A stretch of DNA of 64,000 nt from an uncultured delta proteobacterium (lineage in GTDB: Bacteria; Myxococcota_A; Polyangia; Polyangiales; Polyangiaceae), in NCBI GenBank assembly GCA_963716725.1, contig CAVQUB010000008.1, forward strand, positions 96,001 to 160,000, in the 5' to 3' direction. Position 1 is the first letter of the stretch; the number at the start of each line of letters is the position of its first letter. The notes beneath the pieces were generated by a model. It had not been told where the DNA came from. It worked only from the letters and a program-made list of their open reading frames with translations, and ran no database searches. A program made the position numbers and the translations under genes. Positions 32,582-46,044 of the stretch are shown one piece after another.

Positions 32582-33422
32582 TCAGAGCATGCCGGAGCGG
32601 CGGGCGGCCTCCTCGATGCCGCCGCCCGTCGATGAATCCGCGTCGAGGGTGTCGGTCGCCGCGGCCTTCACCTCGTCGGGCGCCTGCCCCATCGCGAAGC
32701 TGCGCCCGGCGCTCTCGAGCATCGAGATGTCGTTGACCCAGTCCCCGACTGCCACCGTCTCTTCGACGAGACGCCGTAGTGCTCAGCGATGCGACCCAGC
32801 GCGGTGGCCTTGCTCACGCCCGCGGCTCGCACGACCATGCCCCAGTCGGCGTCGAGCTCACGGCGCGCGATCGAGAAGAACCCGATCTGCATGTGGTCCC
32901 CCACCCGCTCGAAGATGCGGGAGCGGCCCCGCGGATCTGCTCCTCGTCCCCCAAGGAAACCAGTGCGGCCACCGAGCTCTCGTCGCTGAAACTGCGCGGA
33001 TCGAGCACGCGCGGGAGGCGCACGGCCGGCTTGCGACCAGAGACCGACGAACGGCAGGAAGTCGTCGCCGCGCTCGTCGTGAAGGATCGAGTCCTGGGCG
33101 AACAGGAAGGTGATCGGATCGAACTCCTCGATCGCCTCGAGTAGCGGCTCTGCCGCGTGGGCCGCGATGGGATGCGTCGCCAACGAGCTGTCGTCGCTAC
33201 TGTCCACGACTTGGCTGCCATCGAGGCAACCGACGGCCCCAGCGACGCCCACACTTCGGGCGATCTCCCGGTTCCTGAGTACATGCGGCCGGTACAGATC
33301 GACACGTGCAAGCCACGGCGCCGAAGCTCGGCGAGGGCTCGCAGGTCCGACTCGTGCACCTGGCCGCTCGAGTCGAGCAGCGTGCCGTCGAGATCAGTGA
33401 CGAGCAGCTTGAAGCGGGTCAG
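32582..33422 (-). pseudogene. Cof-type HAD hydrolase with several frameshifts (probably assembly indels)
   Basis: Stitched translation across frames: RFKLLVTDLDGTLL...CTGR...VSKATAL...VGDWVNDISML...AMG. Confidence 0.8.
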
Positions 33423-33682
33423 CTGGCCGTCACCGGATAGACGGAGACCTTCTTCTTGGTCTTGGTCGCGTACTCGTACGCAACCACTCCGTCGACCAGT
33501 GAGTACAGCGTGTAGTCGCGACCCACGCCGACGTTCTTGCCGGGAGCGATGGTCTGGCCGACCTGTCGCACCAGGATGCCGCCCGCGCGGATTGCCTCGC
33601 CGCCGTAGACTTTCACGCCGCGATGCTGGGCGTTGGAGCCGCGACCGTTACGAGTGGAACCGCCACCTTTTTTGTGTGCCAT
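33419..33682 (-). CDS. rpmA: 50S ribosomal protein L27
   Basis: [14 protein letters not shown]. Confidence 0.98.
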   Translation of the reverse strand: MAHKKGGGSTRNGRGSNAQHRGVKVYGGEAIRAGGILVRQVGQTIAPGKNVGVGRDYTLYSLVDGVVAYEYATKTKKKVSVYPVTAS

Positions 33683-33691
33683 CGTTCAGCC

Positions 33692-34003
33692 TCAGCCTTG
33701 AATGCCAGTGATCTTCACCGCCGTGAGCTCCTGACGGTGGCCCATCTTGCGGCGGTACTTCTTGCGGCGCTTGAACTTGAAGATCGTGATCTTCTCGCCA
33801 CGGCCTTGCTCGACGATCTCGCCACTGACTTTGACGTCGGGGAGATAGGGCTTGCCCACCTTGAGGGTGTCGCCCGTGAGCATGAGCACCTCGGTGAATT
33901 CCACCTTGGTGCCGGGATCGCCCGCGAGCAGTTCCACCACGACGGTGTCGCCCTGAGCCACACGATACTGTTTTCCGCCGGTGCGGATGACTGCGGTTGC
34001 CAT
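33692..34003 (-). CDS. rplU: 50S ribosomal protein L21
   Basis: AVIRTGGKQYRV...GHRQ. Confidence 0.98.
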   Translation of the reverse strand: MATAVIRTGGKQYRVAQGDTVVVELLAGDPGTKVEFTEVLMLTGDTLKVGKPYLPDVKVSGEIVEQGRGEKITIFKFKRRKKYRRKMGHRQELTAVKITGIQG

Positions 34004-34175
34004 CGGAAGGGCGCGGAACCTAGCCCGCAGCCCCAGTCTGCGCAAGACATGAGCGGATTATCAGGGGCCGGCCAGCAGGCCGAGTTCTGCTTGCACCGTT
34101 TGCGTAGTGGAACTATACAACGCCTAGCGGAAGCCGGTACGCCCCCCATGGGCTCGGCACCCAGGAGGAATCGCG

Positions 34176-35393
34176 ATGATTTCGTTCGAGCCCACCGAGG
34201 ATCAGAAGCTCATCACCGGCACGGTCTCCGATTTCGCGAGGACCGCTCTCATGCCGAGGGCCCGCGAGTTCGAAAAAGCGCAAGCCGTTGGGGACGAGGC
34301 GCGCCGCGCCGTGCACGAGCTGGGGCTCAGTCTCGCCGCCGTTCCCGAGGCGCTGGGCGGCCAGGGTCTCGGGCTGCTCACGGCCGTCATGATCAACGAA
34401 GAGCTCGCCTACGGGGATCCCGCCGCTCCCTTCGGTCTGCCGGGCTTCGGCTCTTATCTGATCGCGGTCCAAGAGCTCGGCTCCGACGACCAGGCCAAAG
34501 CGCTGCTCGCGCCCTTCGCAGATCCGGCCGCCCATGACCTGTTCGGAGCAGTGGCGTGGAGCGAGCGCAAGCCGAACCGCGAACGCGCCGGCTTCCTCAC
34601 CACAGCCAAGCAGGTCAGCGGGGGTTGGGAGCTCACGGGCGCCAAGGCCTTCGTCGGCAACGCGGATCTCGCGGAGTCGATGATCGTGTTCGCGCAGGTC
34701 GATGCGAGCGCTGGCTGGGCCGGCCTCGGCGCGTTCGTGGTCAAGAAGGCCAACCCCGGACTGCGAATTTCCGGTCGGCACAAGACCCTCGGCCTCGAGT
34801 GCGGGCACTTCGGAGAGATCGCGCTCGAGTGCCGCCAAGGTCCCCGACGCCGATCGCTTGCAGGGGCGTGGCGACTTCATCGCAGCGACCATGCGCTTCT
34901 TCGCGAAGTACGCGCTGACCGTCGCCGCCCGGCAGGTGGGCCTGTCGCGCGTCGCCTTCGACGTGACGCGCGAGTACTGCGACATCCGCAAGGCCTTCGG
35001 CAAACCGATCGGCCACTTCCAGGCCGTCGCCTTCACGCTCGCCGATCGTCACATGGACGTCGAGAGCGCCGCGGGAGCTCGTGCGACGCGCCGCGTGGGC
35101 CTGGGACAGCGGGAAAGCGCGACGCCCAGTGCTTGCTCGCCACGGCGCAGGCCGTGGCCCACGCGCATGAGGTCGCGATGCGCTGCGCGGACGACGCCGT
35201 GCAGCTGCACGGCGGCGCCGGCTTCATGCGCGACGTGATCGTCGAGAAGCTGATGCGCGACGCGAAGCAGATGGCCTTTGCGGGCGCAACGGCCGAGCAG
35301 ATGGATCAGCTCGCCGCGGCCGTTGAGCTGGGCGATCCCCCTCGATCCCGCCTGGTCCTGCCCACGCCCGAGACCCAGGCCGTCCTCACCTGA
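34176..35393 (+). pseudogene. Acyl-CoA dehydrogenase with compensating frameshifts (about 34830 and 35070)
   Basis: EELAYGD, LTGAKAFV; alternative frame gives RKAFGKPIGHFQAVAF; QLHGGAGFMRD...EKLMRDAK. Confidence 0.8.
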
Positions 35394-35415
35394 GAGCACG
35401 GAAGGAGAACCCCAG

Positions 35416-36642
35416 ATGATCGAATTCGAGCTCAACACCCAGCAGCGCATGCTCAAAGAAGCGCTCCACGGACATGGGCAAGAACGTGATCCGCCCCCAG
35501 AGCTTGGGGTGGGATCGCGACAAGACCATCGACCGTGGCTTCTTGCGCAACTTCTACCTGATGAGCCAGTCGCTCCGGGGCGACAGCAACCCCGCTCGAA
35601 GACTTCAACGAGGGCCCGAAGAACCGCGATCCGAACAAGCCCGTGCAGACCAATCGCACCGCCGCCATCGGCGCCGAGGAGCTGGCCTGGGCGGATGCGA
35701 GCATCATGCTCAGCTTGCCGGGCCCGGGCCTCGGCGGTCCGCCGGTGCGCGCGACCGGCACGCCCGAGCAGAAGGAGCGCTTCTTCGCGATCTTCCGCGA
35801 CATGGGCGACGACCTGCGCTGGGGCGCCTACGGCTGACCGAGCCCGGCGCCGGCAGCGACGTCGCGGCGCATCCGCACCAGCTGCCGCAAGGACGGCGAC
35901 GACTACGTCCTGAACGGGCGCAAGTGCTACATCACGAACGGCGCGCGCGCGCGTCTGGGACGTGATCTTCGCGACGGTCGATCCCGCGCTGGGACGCGCC
36001 GGCCATCGCGCCTTCGTGGTCGAGAAGGGCACGCCCGGGTTCTTCGTCGGCAAGATCGAGGAGAAGATGGGCCTGCGCGCCAACGAGACCGCGGAGCTGG
36101 TGCTCGAGGACTGCCGCGTGCCCGCCGAGAACCTGCTGGGCGGCGAGGAGAAGTACCAGACCAAGGAGGGCTTCATGACCGCCATGAAGACCTTCGACAA
36201 CACGCGCCCGCTCGTCGCCGCCATGGCCTGCGGCATCGGTCGCGCCGCCTACGAATACGCGCCGCGACTTCGTCAAGGACAACTACGTGCTGTCGGCGTC
36301 CCGTCCCGCGCTACGCGGCCATCGCCGAGCGGCTCGCGCGGGTCGGCCGTCAGCTCGAGGCGGCGCGCTTGCTCACCTGGAAGGCCGTCTGGATGGCCGA
36401 TCACCAGCATCCCCAACGCCAAGGAGGCGAGCATGACGCAAGGCGCTCGCCGGCCAGGCGGCCATCGGGCCTGCATCGACGCCATCGAAATCTGCGGCGC
36501 CCACGGCACCCTGACCGAGGACCACGCGCTGCTCGAGAAGTGGTTCCGCGACATCAAGGTCTACGACATCTTCGAGGGCACCGGGCAGATCCAGCGCATC
36601 GTGATCAGCAAGCGCTTGCTCACCGACTTGAAGGCGTTCTGA
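35416..36642 (+). pseudogene. Acyl-CoA dehydrogenase with multiple frameshifts
   Basis: Pieces in different frames: EELAWAD, LTEPGAGSD, LNGRKCYITNG, EKMGLRA, EKWFRDIKVYDIFEGTGQIQR; strong Shine-Dalgarno AAGGAG. Confidence 0.8.
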
Positions 36643-36660
36643 TCTATTCTGCTCACCCCC

Positions 36661-37146
36661 GTGCGCACCCTCGCGGACATCCACTGGCCCAGCTGGCGAG
36701 CCAAGGATCTGGCAACGCTCTTGTTCGTCGTGCGCGATGATCAGGTGCTCCTGATCCGCAAGAAGCGCGGCCTCGGGGCCGGAAAGATCAACGGCCCCGG
36801 CGGGCGCCTGCAGGCCGGCGAGACCCCGCTCCAAGCTGCGGTGCGCGAGGTGATCGAGGAGGTCTGCGTGACGCCCCACGACATCCGCTCCTGCGGCGAG
36901 CTCAAGTTTCAGTTCGTGGACGGCTATTCCATCCACGTGCACGTTTTCAGCGCCGGGGGCTGCACCGGTGAGGTCCGCGAGACCGACGAGGCGATCCCGA
37001 TTTGGACCCCACTCGGGCAGATCCCTTACGACGAGATGTGGGCCGACGATCGCATCTGGCTGCCGCACATGTTCGCGGGGCGGCGCTTCGACGGGCGCTT
37101 CGTCTTCGACGGCGATGCGATGCTCGACCACGCCCTCGACGTGTGA
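36661..37146 (+). CDS. Nudix hydrolase (8-oxo-dGTPase / MTH1-like)
   Basis: [15 protein letters not shown]...GETP..AAVREV.EE Nudix box; MWADD.IW. Confidence 0.88.
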   Translation: MRTLADIHWPSWRAKDLATLLFVVRDDQVLLIRKKRGLGAGKINGPGGRLQAGETPLQAAVREVIEEVCVTPHDIRSCGELKFQFVDGYSIHVHVFSAGGCTGEVRETDEAIPIWTPLGQIPYDEMWADDRIWLPHMFAGRRFDGRFVFDGDAMLDHALDV

Positions 37147-37326
37147 CTCATGGCGAGGGCCTTGCCCGCAGCCCCAACGGGTGAAGGGGCAAGCAACGGG
37201 TGGGCTCCAGCAACGATGGAAATGCTCGCGCCCACATCATCGCACCCAATTTGCGCTGCCACGCACCACGCGCCCACATCGAACCGATTTCGTGGCAAAC
37301 TCGGGACGTCGAATAGGGAGGGTGGC

Positions 37327-40272
<2,946 letters not shown>

Positions 40273-40276
<4 letters not shown>

Positions 40277-41235
40277 GACTGTTCGCGTTGCTGCCACTCG
40301 CGCTGATCGCGGCCTGCGGCGGGCAGACCGCGGAGGACGGCCCGCGGTCCCCGTGGCCCGAGAGCGGCTGCCCGCCCAGCCACGAGCTGCGCGGCGGCCG
40401 CTGCACGATGCGCGAGATCCACGTGCCGGGTGGAGGCTTCCTGATGGGAAGAGGCTTCTGTCCGAAGTCGGGATCCAGAATGCCTCCACCAGACCTCGAG
40501 TGCCTGCTCGCTGACGAGCCGCACTGGGTCGAGGTCGCTCCATTCTGGGTGGATGCAACGCTGTACACGTGGACTGACTACACGCACAGCTACAAGGAAG
40601 GTGGGTTGGGCTTGCCCCACGACGACGACGCGCGCTGCCCGAGTCGCGAGATCCAATGCGCCGCGCCGCTGGCGTACGCCCCTGTGGGCGGCAGCGGTTG
40701 GGGGCTGCCCGGGAACCCCCCCGGCAATCTGTCGAGCAACGATTCGGCCTGCGACCCGCACGGAAAGCGGGCGATCCGCGAGGCCGAGTGGGAGTGGCTG
40801 GCCACTTGGGGCGGCACCCGGACGTATCCCTGGGGGGAGGCGGAGCCGACCTGCGAGCGCGGGCAGATTTCATCGGACTGCGAGCTGGTCAACCCGATCG
40901 AGTGGGACATGGGCCAGGACGTTCCCATCTCGAAGGTGGCCTCCCACCTGCCCACCCCAGAGGGCGTGTACGATCTCACGGGCGGTGGCGGAGAGTCGGT
41001 GATGCCTTCGCCCGACTCGGTCTACACGGACGGATATCCGAACCCGGTTCAGAAGCCGTCTGAATGCCCATCAGGACAGGACTACTGCGGCATGGGTTGG
41101 GTGACGGGGCATCGTGGAGGTTCGGTCGATCTGCCTCCGCGCCGCTTCGAAGGCGCATTCCGTGGTACGAGTCGGGACGGGAGTCCCGGCGCGCCACCCG
41201 AAGGCATCCGCTGCGTTCGACCCGCGCTCCAATGA
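40273..41235 (+). CDS. FGE-sulfatase (SUMF1/EgtB/PvdO-like) domain lipoprotein
   Basis: LIAAC lipobox, VPGGGFLMG, DEPH.V.V..F..D, EAEWE..A, YPWG, GVYDLTG, RGGS, GIRCVR. Confidence 0.85.
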
Positions 41236-41403
41236 GAAACCCGACCTGGTGGTTTGGCTGGACGCGCTTGAGCGCCGTGGCGGTGCCCATCCCGCCGCCG
41301 ATGCATGACGGGTGCCCCCCCCCGTGATGCCAGAATCGAACAGCTCAGCTTCTCAACCCTTGCCTCTTCTGAGCACCGCACGCCGAATTTCGCGAGTCGT
41401 AGC

Positions 41404-41937
41404 TCAGAGCACCACCTCCTCGCAGCGGAAGAACTCGAAGCTGGTGCAGACGCAGCCCGGCTCGCCTCCCACGCATTTGCAGTCGGTGCCGCAGCTGCAG
41501 TCCACGCCCGCGTAGTTCGGCGCGCAGTCACCGCGATCGACGCACGCGGCCTCGTCCCCGAGCTCGCCGCAGGTCTCGGCCGCGGCCGGCATGCAGGTTT
41601 TCGACGCCGCGTCGCAGTTGAAGCCCGAGATGCAGTCGGCCTCCTTCGCGCAGCTCGAGGCCTGCGTGCACTGGCCCGAGCCCAAGAGGCAGTACTTGCC
41701 GGCGCCGCAGTCCGCGTGGGCCTTGCAGGCGCCCACTCCGGTCGCTCCGCCCGCACCGCCGGTCGCGCCGCCCGTTCCGCCCGTGGCGGCGGTGGACTTC
41801 TTGCCACCGGTCCCGTGCCCGGGGGCGCAGTCGGAGTCTTCGTCGTCGAAGACCCCGTCACCGTTGTCGTTCGCCTCGATGTAACAACCCGAGAGCAGCA
41901 AAGTCCCCAAGAACCCCAACGCGATCAACCTCGACAT
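41404..41937 (-). CDS. Cysteine-rich lipoprotein
   Basis: LLSGC lipobox, Gly/Thr linker, CxxxxDC repeats; AGGAGG Shine-Dalgarno. Confidence 0.8.
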   Translation of the reverse strand: MSRLIALGFLGTLLLSGCYIEANDNGDGVFDDEDSDCAPGHGTGGKKSTAATGGTGGATGGAGGATGVGACKAHADCGAGKYCLLGSGQCTQASSCAKEADCISGFNCDAASKTCMPAAAETCGELGDEAACVDRGDCAPNYAGVDCSCGTDCKCVGGEPGCVCTSFEFFRCEEVVL

Positions 41938-42052
41938 GACTTCCTCCTGTTCGAAGGAGGCATCAGCAACGGTCGTGCCGATCAATCGAGTCGTGGACTT
42001 AGCGCTGCGTTCGCCTCGCTTCGGTAGGCCGCGGGCCGCCGCGTGGCGGGGC

Positions 42053-42123
42053 GCCGCCGTCCATCACGCGAGCTTCCAGTTGTCGTCCATGACTGCGCGG
42101 CGACGGTCCGTGATGTCGGAGCG
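42053..42123 (-). repeat. Degenerate direct-repeat copy of the sulfatase gene 3' end
   Basis: 42073-42123 matches 43009-43059 (46/51 nt); 42053-42067 matches 42794-42808 (15/15 nt). Confidence 0.85.
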
Positions 42124-42197
42124 AGCGCGCGCCTGGTCAGGGCCTGGCGCCGCGGGAGCGCCTTGCGCGCTGGCCGTCGCACGGGCACGCTTCTCCC

Positions 42198-42758
42198 GTG
42201 GCCGATCCCGCCCAGCGCCGCGCGACCTACGAGGACCTCCTCGCGGTCGATCCGAAGCTCGTCGCGGAGCTCCTCCACGGCGTCCTGCACACGAACCCGC
42301 GCCCAGCGCCGCGACACGCCGCTGCGGCGTCGGTGTTGGGCGAGGAGCTCGGTCCCCCGTTCCGCCGAGGGCGTGGCGGCCCCGGCGGATGGATCATCAT
42401 CGACGAGCCCGAGCTGCACCTCGGGCCCGACGTCGTCGTCCCCGACCTCGCCGGCTGGCGCCGCTCGACCATGGCCGAGCTGCCCGACACCGCGTACTTC
42501 GCCCTGCGTCCCGACTGGGCCTGCGAGGTGCTGTCGGCTTCCACCGAGGCGGTCGATCGAGCCGAGAAGGTGCCCCTCTTTGCGCGCGAGGGCGTCGCGC
42601 ACGTCTGGTTGGTCGATCCCATCCAGCGCACGCTCGAGGTGCTGCGCCTCGACGGGGAGTCGTATCGCGTGCTCGGCACCTGGCGCGACGCTGCGCGCCC
42701 CCGCGCCGAGCCCTTCGACGCCATCGAGCTCGAGCTCGGCCTGCTCTGGCAGGCGTGA
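42198..42758 (+). CDS. Uma2 family (DUF820) PD-(D/E)xK endonuclease-like protein
   Basis: ATYEDL, AELLHG, VVPDLAGW, PDWACEVLS.ST, GVAHVWLVDP. Confidence 0.9.
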   Translation: MADPAQRRATYEDLLAVDPKLVAELLHGVLHTNPRPAPRHAAAASVLGEELGPPFRRGRGGPGGWIIIDEPELHLGPDVVVPDLAGWRRSTMAELPDTAYFALRPDWACEVLSASTEAVDRAEKVPLFAREGVAHVWLVDPIQRTLEVLRLDGESYRVLGTWRDAARPRAEPFDAIELELGLLWQA

Positions 42759-42804
42759 GCCTCGTATCAGCGACGGCTGCCTCTCCCTCGCGAGCCGCCG
42801 TCCA

Positions 42805-44157
42805 TCACCAGCGCTGGCCCGCGGGCGCGCCTTTGAGCGGTGTCAGGCCCGGGATCGGGAGGTTCGGGATAGCCGCCGAGAGCCGATCGTAGAGCTCCTT
42901 CATGGCGGTGAAGCGCTCCGGATCCGTCTTGGAGAGATCGTTCTCTTCCTTCGGATCCTTGACGACGTCGAAGAGCAGCCACTCCACGCCGTCGCCCATC
43001 TCGATGATCTTCCAGTTGTCGTCGATGACGGCGCGGCGGCGGTCCATGATGTCGCAGCGTGTGAGCTCGGCCACGACCGGTCGAAGCTCGGGCTGCGCGC
43101 CGAGCACCTCTGGCAACAGGCTCTTGCCGCGGTACGGCGGATCGTGCGGCACGCCCATCAAATCCGCGAAGGTGGGCGCGAGATCGATGTGGCCGCGCGG
43201 CAGCTCGATGCGGCGCGGCTCCGCGCCGGGCACGTGAATGATCAGCGGCACGCGCACCAGGCTCTCCCACACGTCGTAGGCGTGGCGGAAGCGTCCGCGT
43301 TCACCGAAGCCCTCGCCGTGATCCGCCGAGATCACGATGGCGGTGTCCTTGCCCCAGGGCTGCTTCTGCACCCAGTCCACCAGATCGCCGACCCACTTGT
43401 CGGTGTAGTGGACCTCGTTGTCGTAGAGCGCGCGGATGTCGAGGCCCCAGTCGGGGTGGTCCTTGTGTTGGAAGTACGTGTAGTGCGGATCGAGGAAGTG
43501 GTAGTACGCGAAGAAGCGCTTGCCGTTCTCTTGGCTCACGTTCTTCGGTACCGACAGCATGCTCTTGGCGAGCTTGTTCAGTGCCTCGCTGGTGACGTTC
43601 TCGACGCCTTTGACGTCCAGCTCGGTGCCGGGCAACAGGCGGTAGTCGTCGAAGCCCTGGTTCAGGCCCATCACGGGCTTGAAATAGCCGTGGCCGTGCC
43701 CTGACAGCGTGCGGTGCCCACGCTTTTGGGCGCGCTCGCCGAAGAAGAGGTTGTCGGGTCCCCACAGCGTGAAGAAGAACCCGTCGCGCTGCATCTCGCT
43801 GGGGTACTTGCCCACCAGCGCGGGCGCGACGCTGTTCGCGGTGTAGCTCGAGATCGAGTAGCCGCGGGGGTAGAGCGTGCTCTTCTTGGCGAAGGCGTCG
43901 AGCCACGGCGCGATGGGTCGCTCGTAGCCGGTCCAGGGCATGTCCCAGCGCAGGCTGTCGATCAGGATGAACAGCACGTTGAAGGGCGGGCGCACCTTGG
44001 GCGCCGCAACCTCCGGCACGAGCTTTGGTCCCACGGCGGCGCTCGGCGGCGGCCCCGGCGGGGCGACCTCGAGCCCGGTCTCGTGGGGCGGCGTGCTCGC
44101 GCCTTTGGAGCAGCCGACGAGGGCAGCGAGCAGGGTCAAGCTGGCGAGGCGGCGCAC
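42805..44157 (-). CDS. Sulfatase-like / alkaline phosphatase superfamily lipoprotein
   Basis: NVLFILIDSLR, HFLDPH, YDNEV.YTD, SADHGEGFGE.G...H, VPLII, LFD...DP.E. Confidence 0.85.
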   Translation of the reverse strand: MRRLASLTLLAALVGCSKGASTPPHETGLEVAPPGPPPSAAVGPKLVPEVAAPKVRPPFNVLFILIDSLRWDMPWTGYERPIAPWLDAFAKKSTLYPRGYSISSYTANSVAPALVGKYPSEMQRDGFFFTLWGPDNLFFGERAQKRGHRTLSGHGHGYFKPVMGLNQGFDDYRLLPGTELDVKGVENVTSEALNKLAKSMLSVPKNVSQENGKRFFAYYHFLDPHYTYFQHKDHPDWGLDIRALYDNEVHYTDKWVGDLVDWVQKQPWGKDTAIVISADHGEGFGERGRFRHAYDVWESLVRVPLIIHVPGAEPRRIELPRGHIDLAPTFADLMGVPHDPPYRGKSLLPEVLGAQPELRPVVAELTRCDIMDRRRAVIDDNWKIIEMGDGVEWLLFDVVKDPKEENDLSKTDPERFTAMKELYDRLSAAIPNLPIPGLTPLKGAPAGQRW

Positions 44158-44207
44158 GGGAGGGGAATTGTGACCCGGCCCGCGCGCGGGGCGCCAGGTT
44201 TTGGGGG

Positions 44208-44921
44208 TCAGACGCGGCTCGCGAGTGTCGCGCGCTCGATCCCCGCCTTGGCTTCGCCTGCTTCTTTCAAGAAGTCGAAGGTGCGCTTGATGATCTCAGA
44301 TGCCCCCTGCTCCTCGTCGCGCAGGTCGTCCATCCGCCGCTTGGTCTCCGCGCCCCGGTGACTCGCCTCCGTGCTGGCGATCTCCGCGCGCTTGCCCGCG
44401 GCGTTGGCGCTAGCGGCCCAGAGTTCCGTGCCGCCTTCAGCGCCCGTACCCGCTCCCCTGAAGGCCATGGCCAGTCCGTTGGCGCGATCCGCGGACGTCT
44501 GAGCGATCTCCTGCGCTCGGTTCGCGGCTTCTTTCGCTGCCTTCTCGGTCGCGTCGTTCGCGGCCTTCCCGGCGGCGTCGGCTCGCGCGGACGCTCCGGC
44601 GCTTCCAATCGTCACGGCTCCCGCCGCGACCTGCAGCCCGCCCGAGGCGATCTTGCCGTAGGCAGCCCGTGTGGCTGCCTCGAGCACATGCTTGGCCTGC
44701 TCGCGCAGCTTCGCGACCTGCTGACCCTCGAAAGACCGCAGTCGGTCCTCTTCCGAGTGGCGCATTTCGCGCGCGTTCGCGCGTTTGTCGTGACCATGCT
44801 TCAGCATCATTGCCGCGACTTGCGCGTTCACGTCTCCGCCGAGTTCGGCGGCCAGAGCCGCCTCCGACTGCCAGATCATCATGCTGCTCGAACCCGAGTT
44901 GTTCACACCGTTGGTCGACAT
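44208..44921 (-). CDS. SctB (YopD/PopD/IpaC-class) minor translocator-like protein
   Basis: Ser/Asn-rich N-terminus, coiled coil, one Gly/Ala hydrophobic segment (IASGGLQVAAGAVTIG), C-terminal amphipathic helix; position in the operon. Confidence 0.6.
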   Translation of the reverse strand: MSTNGVNNSGSSSMMIWQSEAALAAELGGDVNAQVAAMMLKHGHDKRANAREMRHSEEDRLRSFEGQQVAKLREQAKHVLEAATRAAYGKIASGGLQVAAGAVTIGSAGASARADAAGKAANDATEKAAKEAANRAQEIAQTSADRANGLAMAFRGAGTGAEGGTELWAASANAAGKRAEIASTEASHRGAETKRRMDDLRDEEQGASEIIKRTFDFLKEAGEAKAGIERATLASRV

Positions 44922-44949
44922 TTGGCTTGTTCCCTTCGAACTTGGTTGT

Positions 44950-46044
44950 TCATGCGCGCAGGATTAGGGCGTCGAAGGTGGCGGCCTGGATTTGGACGAC
45001 ACCGTTCGAAAGCGTTCGGCTGCGGTTCTGGTTTTCTCCGTGATCTGCCATGTCGACGAGCAGCTCATCGATCATGCGTTGGTAGGCGTGCATTCGGTTC
45101 AAGGTCTCTTGCAGGTTCGCGGCGTGCCGGAGCTCAGCCGCTTCCTGCTTGCCCGCATCGAGCATCTTGATGCCCTCGTTGATGTCGGCAGCGCCCTTCA
45201 AGATGCTTGCGCCCCCGGTGAGATAGCCAATCGCCGAATCTCCGCCAGCCGCTCCCGTAAGGGCCGTGGCCGCCAGGTTCATGCCCAGACGCACCCAGGG
45301 AGCTGCATCCTTCCCGCAGACTTCCTCCGCCAAATTCCATTTGCGATCGGCTTCGCACAGCATGATTGCTGCGACCGCCAGCACCGCGAGGGTGCCGCCG
45401 CTCCCAACCGCCGCCGCGATCGCGCCGGCCTTGGCCAGTAGGCCCACGACTTCCATGAAATCGGGGTTCTCGAGGCAGTTGTCCTTGAAGCTCTCGAAGA
45501 GCTCTTTCGCCTGCGATTTGGCCTCCGCCCAAGCCGCCTCGGCATCGGGGCCCTCGCTCGCGAGCGCGATGGCGAACTTCGCGTTGAACGCGGCGAGATC
45601 GGCCGAGAATGCCATCGCACCCTTGGTGAAGCCTTCGATCTTCTTCTCCAGGGACGGACTCATGGTCACGGTGGCCACCAGCTTGCCGACGACGCTGCCG
45701 ACGACGCTGCCGACCGACCCGGCGATCTTTCCGAGAAGCCCCTTTTTCTTTTTCTTCTTCTTCGCCTGCTGGGCCCGTCGGATCCCATCGGCGATCATCT
45801 TGAGGTACTTGTCGAGCTGTCCCTGCAGCTTCGTTCCAGCGCTGCGGAGCTGGAGCTCCGTGTGGCGGGTCGAGGTCTGGTTGATGCGCTCGAGGATCGC
45901 CATCATCTCCCCCAACGGGTCGGAGGGGTTCAAGGCATCGAGCGTCGGCGGCGGCAGGCCACCCGTTGGCCCCACCCCCGGCGCTGCCGTGGGGAACGGG
46001 GGGGTCGGCGTGGTGGCGCGAACGCCTGAGATGACGAGACTCAT
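44950..46044 (-). CDS. SctE (YopB/PopB/SseC-class) major translocator-like protein
   Basis: Coiled coil then AKKKKKKKGLLGKIAG, hydrophobic AAAVGSGGTLAVLAVAAIML, second hydrophobic stretch, C-terminal coiled coil; ATGA-coupled to the chaperone. Confidence 0.7.
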   Translation of the reverse strand: MSLVISGVRATTPTPPFPTAAPGVGPTGGLPPPTLDALNPSDPLGEMMAILERINQTSTRHTELQLRSAGTKLQGQLDKYLKMIADGIRRAQQAKKKKKKKGLLGKIAGSVGSVVGSVVGKLVATVTMSPSLEKKIEGFTKGAMAFSADLAAFNAKFAIALASEGPDAEAAWAEAKSQAKELFESFKDNCLENPDFMEVVGLLAKAGAIAAAVGSGGTLAVLAVAAIMLCEADRKWNLAEEVCGKDAAPWVRLGMNLAATALTGAAGGDSAIGYLTGGASILKGAADINEGIKMLDAGKQEAAELRHAANLQETLNRMHAYQRMIDELLVDMADHGENQNRSRTLSNGVVQIQAATFDALILRA

